Of a stretch of 64,000 bases of DNA, positions 54,767-64,000 are shown in pieces (within the stretch, counting starts at the first letter, position 1; each line of letters begins with the position of its first letter). Source of the stretch: Harriotta raleighana (Eukaryota). The DNA is taken from the NCBI GenBank assembly GCA_050575255.1, contig JBNZDD010013726.1, positions 5,106,968 through 5,170,967 on the forward strand, in the 5' to 3' direction. The notes below the pieces were generated by a model. The model did no database searches and was not told the origin of the DNA. It worked only from the letters and a program-made list of their open reading frames with translations. Both the position numbers and the translations under genes were made by a program.

Positions 54767-56046
54767 TTAATTTGATTTGTCATTAGTACTAGTTTTACAC
54801 AATGATTATGAATTCCTTCACACATACTGACTGACCATGGTTGGAAATTTGCATTTACAGTAAGCAAAGGATGACTTGATACCACTTGTTACCACAATAC
54901 TTGCATTTTAAAAGCAAAAGAAGGAAACATTAGCAGAGAAAACTGACAAATTACTAAGGCACAGAGGTCTGGCTTGATTCCAACATTCCGCTACCAGGCA
55001 TGTCACCTTGGAGCTAGTTCAGACCCAGCTTATCTCTCCCCCAAGGAGGATAGTCTCTAGTTGGTCATTTGATATTCAACAAGCTCATTTGTCACATGTC
55101 AAATGAATGCAAGGATTATTATTATTTGAGCCTCATGAAGTTGATGGTAGATACAAGGAACTCACTGCGAGCCATGGGCAACAAATTTCAGCCTGAAATG
55201 TGTGAGAGCATTGCCACCGTTGTTCTGTCTGCAACTCAAGCACATAAACATTAAATGATGGTTCCACCAATTCGAGGTGCGGCGTTTAAGTAGCAGCTGA
55301 TTGTACATGTATATCATGATGGTACATCAACAGACAGGTGGTAATGACTGAGGAATACATTTCAGTTGTAGGCCACAAGATGGCATCAGAGTAGCTGTAG
55401 AAATCATCAGGAAACCAAAATTCACAGGAAAGGGAATCTAGATACTGGCTGCCTTGAATCGCAGGAAACATAGCCACTGATCTACTGACGCATGCGGTGA
55501 AGAATTTAATTTCCTGCGATTCAATGCAACTGCAATGATTGCCTGTAAATGCCATGTGGCAATGGCTAAAGACGCAATGAATCAGAGGAAACATAGTCTT
55601 GACATGTCACAATATGCTCACTTACCAGCTGCAGTGATGGTAGAGATGAACTACCATATGCACACTTAATGGCTGCATCGGTTTCCTCATGCACAGCGTA
55701 GATTATTGATTAAATTGGATTTTATGCAATTTATACAGATTGCCTTCAACTCAGAATTACCGCAAGCCTATTAAATGTTATGGACTGGACTGATATGATT
55801 TGGTGAATTTTACTGTAGTTCTCATAAAGTGAATTACCATCCACAAATAAATATTCACCTCCATTAAAAACAGCATTCAGTGGTGTGAGAAAATAAGAAA
55901 TGCTAGACGGAAAAACAGACCAAGGTCCGTCTAGTTCACCCTCTACCTTACTGGCAATTGCAGGCACATATGTTCCAAGATTTAGGAATTAAATCATTAC
56001 AACATTGATATTTTTCTCAACTTTTTTTGTTTTACATCAATTCTTA

Positions 56047-56190
<144 letters not shown>

Positions 56191-56375
56191 TTACTTTAAT
56201 TCCATTTTGAATTAGATTTTTTTAATAAAGTGTTCAAGTAACAACAACAAATTACATTTATTTAGCATCTTCCACATCGGGAGGACATTCCAAGGTTGGA
56301 TAATTAGGGATTTGGAACCGAGCAGAGAGTTGGGATTAGGTGGAATGGATAAATCTCAAAATAAGATAAGACTCA

Positions 56376-56720
<345 letters not shown>

Positions 56721-57587
56721 TCAAATATATACAAAATTAATACAGCAAATGACAAGTCAGCATATATATCAACATAGTCATATAAGATTTACATTTCACA
56801 GTTATCCAGGTATTCAGTTACACTGTTACCAGTGATGGATTCAAGTAATTGTCCAACAAATAAAGTTAATCACATAAAGTTAATGGCATACAGATACTTA
56901 GTTTAACACTATTAGCTTGATGAACTCAACCAAGATAAAAGTGAGAGGGAGAGAGGCAAATGGTTTCAGCGACCCCACTTTTGGAAATTATAAAACAAAA
57001 GAGCCAGTGTTCACTAACTAATGAGCATTGCTGGCCATTATGAGTATAGAATAAAATTTAACAATCATTTCTCGTTCCCTCAGGGTCAAATACCCTACAA
57101 ATGCGACTCCCACTTTAAGGATTGCTGTTCAAGATTGCACCGGTGGAACTGTGCCTCAGCATTCAGGAAAGGAAGAATATGGACAGGAAACTAAAGATTA
57201 TGGACAGCCTCAAAGTAGGAACAAACTAAGACTCCACTGAAATAAGATTCTGAATTTCAGTTCTGGTGACAATATGAATCAAAATTATAGGATAACACTC
57301 CCGATTCATGATAAAAACTTTCCAAAGGAGAAAACATCATGCCTGGATATTCTGCGTTTGAACATCTGCTCGCAGACTGCCTCTAAAAATATACGGGCTA
57401 ACTAAAACATTAAACACAAAATTTTCTCCAATATCTGGAAATAGCAGTTCAGCAGGATTCTTGTTTTAATTAACAGCTATTTGCTCAAGAGAGTTTTCAC
57501 TTTTCTGTTATTGACCTAATAATTAACTGATTTAATCTGTATTTAACACACTCAAAATGATTTTGTAAAACTTTACTACATGAACTA

Positions 57588-57854
<267 letters not shown>

Positions 57855-59059
57855 TCATAGAGTAAATAATATCATGATCATAATAATCTTGAATTTTATA
57901 TATGTACATATAATATATATTTATATATTAAATTTTTATATGTCACTTCAGAAGGGCTGTGAAAGTGCTTCACAGGATTTACTGTAAAGTGTATTGACTG
58001 TATTGCGTGGATTAACACGCAGTTATTTTGTGCACAGCAATGCCCCAGAAACAACAAATTAATGACTACTCACTGCAGTTGTGTTTGACTATCTAGAAAG
58101 CCAAAAACAAAATAATCATTGCATTGGATTATTGCAATAAGTAGTAAAGTTGTATAGCCTAGCAATGAGCATGATTACAGTACAATTTCAAAACTCTACA
58201 CTTGAGAATCAATTACTGTTGTATTGAGACAATCAATCAATCAAAATTACATTTATAAAGTGCCTTTCACGTCAGGAGGACGTCAAGTAGTGATCAGAGC
58301 TGAATAGTCAAATACCGATCAGAGCAGGGGGTAAGGGGTCGGGAGAAGGAAAATAGGAAAAATTGACTGTATATTTGTGGGCGATATTTTATAAATATAC
58401 ATATACAAATACAGTGTATACCAGCAATTCTATTTTCCAGTAAATGTACATTAAAATATAATACTATATAAGGAATGAAAAATATGAACTCAAACATTAA
58501 CACAGATACAAATGATAGGTCGTGTTGCAGAATAAATCAAATTATCAGCAAATCTGACAAAGTAAGTAAACTAAAATGTGCTTAGCATAGCACAAAGGTT
58601 AATATATTGTCCTTTACACCATTGCAATTACAGTACTGCCCTTGAAAAATGCTGATTACAATGAAGCAGTGATTGCTTATTAAAGTTCTACACTATTTCA
58701 CACATTATGCACCCAAATTTAGACAGAGGTGCTACGTAGGCAATTACTGCCACATAAGTGACAGTAAAGAAGGCAAATGTCAGCATTTCTGAGCAAGCAA
58801 AGTCCCACAAACAAATCACAAGATGAATAACCAGTTAATCATGAGGATCGATAGGACCTGGGTTTAAGGTTGCAAAGTGCAATCTTGGAAGAGATATCAC
58901 AGGGCAATAAGCATTTTGAACAGGTTGCTCTAAAAGGTAGACAAGGGTAGGACATTGGAGTAATTTTTTAGAAGTGCTAAATGCTTTGGTGGAAAAATGG
59001 TACAGTGGGTATTCAGGAAATTTACTGAAGTGCCTTCTGCATCTGAACCAATCTTCTAA

Positions 59060-59305
59060 AAGTTGACCAGGACCCTATGAGAAACTTTCTTCTCCCTTTG
59101 CATAGTGTTGTGAGACCTTCAATGTTCACTTGAACAAGTAGGCGGAACTGTAATACACCTTTTTGAAACAGGATGCCTCTGACAATACAGTACTCCCTCA
59201 ATACTACCCTGGGCTATCAGCCTAGATTATCAGCTCATATCCTGACTTGGGGTTCAGGACAGCTTCAGATATAAAATGAGAGTACAATAACTGAGTCAAG
59301 CTAAC
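59060..59305 (-). mobile_element. Deu-type SINE fragment
   Basis: ctctgacaatacagtactccctcaatactaccctgggctatcagcctagatt core motif. Confidence 0.6.
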
Positions 59306-62300
59306 ATCATGATTCTTTTGTATACTTCAATTGACCATTGATAAAGCAAAACATGACTTTCACTTTAAAATGGAAGGCATTATAATCGTGTGTTGCCCCT
59401 TATTAGCAGCAGCAGCAAAATGGATACCATATCCGCTGAAAAAGATTTTACACATTTTAAAACAACTGTGTGAGTTGCGTTTAGATGGTTCTGTAAATAA
59501 ATTTGTATCTCCTTTCTTAAAAGCATAATTTGGATGAAGAAAATTGCCTTTTGAAAGATAATGACATAGGAAATGTATTTAATCCAATAGGAAATTAGAA
59601 AAATTACATGACCAAATCTTTGATTTACTTTATGAAAGGTTGCATCACGTATTCTCTTCATAATAGCCCTACAGCTAGAATAAATGATGAATATTTTATC
59701 CATTTCTTGAATGGAGATGACTGATTTCCTACATTTTCTACTCAATCATGCATGCTGCACAACTAATGTTAAACACATTGGGATAGTTATTTTGTTTGTT
59801 CCTTCCTCCATCCATGAATAACAGTAACACATTTTGGTTGCACGTTATCTACTAATCAAGCCTTCATGCTATTTTAGACTATTGTGATTCAGACACTTCA
59901 TAGCACTTATAATTTGTTGTCTGTGAATTTCTGGAAAATCATTCAATTAGTCATCTTACTTGATGTATTTTAAGGCACTGTGCACGCCTTCATTGCACAG
60001 ACTTGCTAAAATCTCCCTTTCTGATCTCCATGTAACAAAATATCTGATGTTTTCCCTGAAATACTTTGCACTTGAACCATGTTCCCACACAGTCTGGCAT
60101 GGTTGGTGAAGTCCTTTCTTTGCTTGCACTTGTTGGGATCATTTATGAATTTATGACCTTCAGATCATGTGTGAATCGGATCTGCACTCATCCATCTCAC
60201 TGCTGTATAGTGTTTCAACATCGATGGCAGTGAGGAGCGATCCTTCGGAACGTGCCTTTTTCATCTGTTCCTCTGGGCTATGCAGGTTTCTGTAGACCCA
60301 GCTAAGTTTCAGTAGCCCTTGCATCTCCTGCCACCCGGTGTGTCTTCCAGCTTCTGGGGCCACCCCAAAACCATATCATGACCCACCTCTCCAAAGGTCC
60401 GCAGAACCCAGGTTGGGAACGAAGGGTTTATACCGCTGTGCTGCTGTGTTGCACCCACAAAATATACAATCAATCCTCTTTAAAATATAATTCTGTGAAG
60501 CACTTTGAGGTGTCTCATTGAAGTGATAAGGCCTATATCAAGTGCAAGGGTTATTATTTTTGCAGCAATATAAGTCAGTTCAACAGCTCAGTGAAATAGG
60601 AAATCAAAAATTCAACCTTGCATATTGTGAGTCATATACAGAGTAGCCTAATGTACCAAGAAGGTTTAGTATCTTTAATATCACCTTTAAGAATGCCAAA
60701 TTTTCATTGGTTGGTTTTCAGGAAAATTACCAAAACTCAAAATACTATTAATTTTTTTTTAAATTGTTGAAACTAATGTGGGATTTCACTAAAATATTCT
60801 TCTTGGGTATATTGCAAGTTTTGTTGGTAGGGATGCTTTAAAACATTAAACGTACAATATACAATCATTCCAGAAGAGGTCACTGAATACAACCAGAGCA
60901 AGAAACTTGACTGTTTCGCTCACAAGTGCTGAGTGATCAGGGCTGTCATATAACTTAGATGCTAAATATTCCCTGCTGGTATATTAATATTCAGCCATCT
61001 GGCAGCCCCATGGGCTACTGTTGCCCTGATGAACATAGCCATCAATGATTTTAATCAACTAAAACCAATAGATTCAGATGGTTGCACCTTTAGTTGTATG
61101 CACCGCATGAAACTGAAATGGTGATAATTTTAGTAAATGTGGAGAAGGAAAAAATAAACCTCAAAATATAACAGGCAACAATAATTTGCATTTATATGGC
61201 ATCTTTCACGTGATAGCATCTCAGAGCCTTTAAATAACATAGCTCAGCAACAGCAATGAGAACATGATTGCAGCACAATGCACTGTATATCCACTGTAGA
61301 AAAAAATACAAATGGAGTACTGTCCTTTGTAAAAACTAGTCCATCTCTCACAGAACTCAACTATTTTTGGTACCACCTAGGAATATTTTTTTTAAATCTT
61401 AAGCAAACAATGAAAGTTTAAAATGTAATTGCACTTGCACACTTTATATTTTTTGACTAATGGGTGGCACATACCAAGACGCTCATCATCTCAGTGAAAA
61501 ATGTCCTATACTTTCATAAGCAGAAGGTTGTTCCTATCCCAAAGTAACTCCAATCACAGCTGGATAAAACAGATACATGTATTCATCAATACAGTATTAT
61601 CTGCCAGAAAAATAACAGTTGATAAAACCTTTGAAATCTAATTACAGTATAGCCAACCGGCTCTTATGAATAGCTGTTCTTTGAGTAACCTTAGAGTTTT
61701 TCCATTTATAGAAGCTCTCTACCAAAATGTATCCCATTACTAAAGACCAGATGTTGTTTGGTTTCAGCCTAATTCAGAGGGGAACAAAAAACAAAGCTGA
61801 CAAGGGTATTAAATTGAAAACCTAAAGAATAAAAATGGAAAGGTTTTGTTGGCTTTTAGTGGCAAGCCGAATCATGTGGGCCGATCATGCGCAGTTTGCA
61901 ATCTAATGAACAAATAAATCCCTTTTGCTTTTTTTTCTTCCCCTATGACATCTACTCACAGTTGCTTTTTACCTTAAATGACAATATTTTTGCACATTTT
62001 ACAACATTTATCCCAACAGAAAAACTTCAAGGTATTTATTTTATTTTTATTTTTTGTGTAAATGTACTTCACATCAAGTAAACATAAAAGACAATCCTAT
62101 GTTGTGTTTTTAAACAATTAGCCTTAAAAATGATTTTAAAAGAACTTCAAACTGTTCTACCATGCTTAGATTAAGGTGGGTCCCAATAAATTCTTTTTGA
62201 CGCACATGTAATCAGATATAATATCCAATTTGAATCTACTCCTACAATTAATTTTTTGAGGAAAACGATAAGGGGCTAAATTATGGCAATAATGATAAAC

Positions 62301-62529
62301 ATCAACTAAGCATTTGTACAAGAAACATTAATCTTCATGTGCTACATCCAATAGAAGCAACTCTTTTAATTCCTAGATTCCTTGGGGAAAGGCAATGTTG
62401 GAGAAGTGGGAGTTTTGTGGCATTGAGCCACAAAAATAAGAGGTGCTTGATGCCAGGACCTGATATCCATGTCACAGATAAGAAACAGAATGATGCTATC
62501 TTGGTTATTTGGGGAAAAATTGATTAAAT

Positions 62530-63462
62530 CTGTCTTTCTGCCTCTACCCTCGACTCCTTGACCACTGCTGTCCTGACAGACTGCCTGTCAGATACCAAGT
62601 CTTGGATGAGAGCTAACTTTCTACAGTTGAATGTCAACATGACCAAGGCCCTCCTGATTGGCTCGTGCCAGTGTCTTCACACATCAGGCATTGGCAGCAT
62701 CAACCTCCATGGTTTCACACTCAACCTTACCAAGCCAGTCAGGAACCTAGGTGTCTTGTTCAATCTCCCACATCCCAGCAATGATCTGCTCTGCCTTCCT
62801 TCACCTCTGCAAGATTGCCTCACTCCGCCATTACCTCAAACCCCACAGGCCGCTGAAACCCTCATTCACGCCTTCATCACATCCTGGCTCGACTATGCCA
62901 ATGCTCTGCTGTCAGCCTTCCCAATTCCTCCCTCCTTAGGTTGTTGATAATCCGGAACTCTGTGGCCCATGTCCTCTACTGCTCCAAGCTCCGTGACCCC
63001 TTCTCCATCCTCGCCTGACTCCATTGGCTCCCCATCACCCAGAGAATTCAATTCAAGATTCTGGTCCTCACATTCAAAGTTCTCCACAGCCTCTCCCCAT
63101 CTTATGTCTGAGACCTCCTAACCCCCTACCAACCTGCCTTCCCATTCCGCTCAGCAGGATCTGGCCTGCTCCATGTCCCCTGACCCACCCACCCCACCAT
63201 TGGTGGACGAGCCTTCAGCCACTCTACCCCCAACCTCTAGAACATCTCACAGTCTCTCCGCCTCTCCCCTTCGCTGGCCTCCTTCAAGTCCCGCCTCAAG
63301 ACCGTCCTCTTCAATGGTCCCATTGGTCACCTCAAATCCCCCCCCTTTCCCGCCACCCTCCCCGTCCCGACCCCAGCTCGGGTCTGAAACAATGAGTCCA
63401 TCGCTTTGGCTCATACTCTTGGCGTGAAAGGGACTATACAAGTGTAATCTTGTTGTTGTTGT
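62530..63462 (+). mobile_element. 5'-truncated L2 LINE (degenerate RT C-terminus, 3' UTR, (TTG)n tail)
   Basis: LTDCLSDTKSWMRANFLQLN..TKALLIG...VRNLGVLF...AETLIHAFITSWLDYANALL are L2-clade motifs; ends cgtgaaagggactatacaagtgtaatcttgttgttgttg. Confidence 0.9.
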
Positions 63463-64000
63463 AAATCGACTGAAGGGCTTTCTTCACCTGAATCTCGTGA
63501 ATATGATGACCCTATATTTTATAGAATAGTAAACCCATAGGAGGTGATTTGACCCAATGTGCTTCTGTCAGATCTTTGAAAAATCTTTTCATTTAATCAC
63601 CTATTCTTCCCCAGTACTGTTTCCAGATATACTAAACAGCTCTTATTAAAAAGTGTGTTATACGAGATAAACAAATACGACTGAAGCATCCTTAGGTGCA
63701 AATTAAAACGGTTTTCCAAAAATAGTACTGGTAGATGTAATCCAAGTTACACTGTACCTTCTTGAAATGTGAATATTTATTTATTTGCCTATTTTGTAAT
63801 AGAATTGCATTGAAGAGAGAAACCGTATCCAAAGGACAGATACACAGATTGGGGTGTGAAAACATAAAGTGACATCAGCGGCATCCTATGCTGATGTCAG
63901 GGCCCAAAATGGCTTGACACACCTCAAAAAAAACTGTAATTTAAAAGAGTGCTGATGTTCCTTACTACTGCAGACATACCGCTGGTTTTGACTGTAACAT

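Overview
AT-rich vertebrate genomic DNA, not prokaryotic. The repeat content (tRNA-head and Deu-type SINEs with L2-like tails, L2 and CR1 LINE fragments) and compact introns suggest a cartilaginous fish, possibly a holocephalan; this is inference. Three spliced genes are present. (1) CCDC6, + strand: last seven coding exons (1536-13129) plus 3' UTR; its 5' exons lie outside the window. (2) FAM13C, + strand: about 28.4-51.9 kb, 3' UTR to about 53.7 kb. (3) PHYHIPL, - strand: last four coding exons (57823-54224), tail-to-tail with FAM13C. Best observations: a decayed 85-nt fossil exon in FAM13C matching a FAM13A/B exon; no recognisable SLC16A9/MRLN between CCDC6 and FAM13C; a perfect 53-bp inverted duplication; repeated miR-17 and miR-92 seed sites in the FAM13C 3' UTR; and poly(A) signals on opposite strands 20 nt apart. 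I see no evidence for a wholly new biological system. Comparisons to human proteins, exon sizes and gene order are from memory and need confirming by alignment. Repeat boundaries are approximate unless stated.
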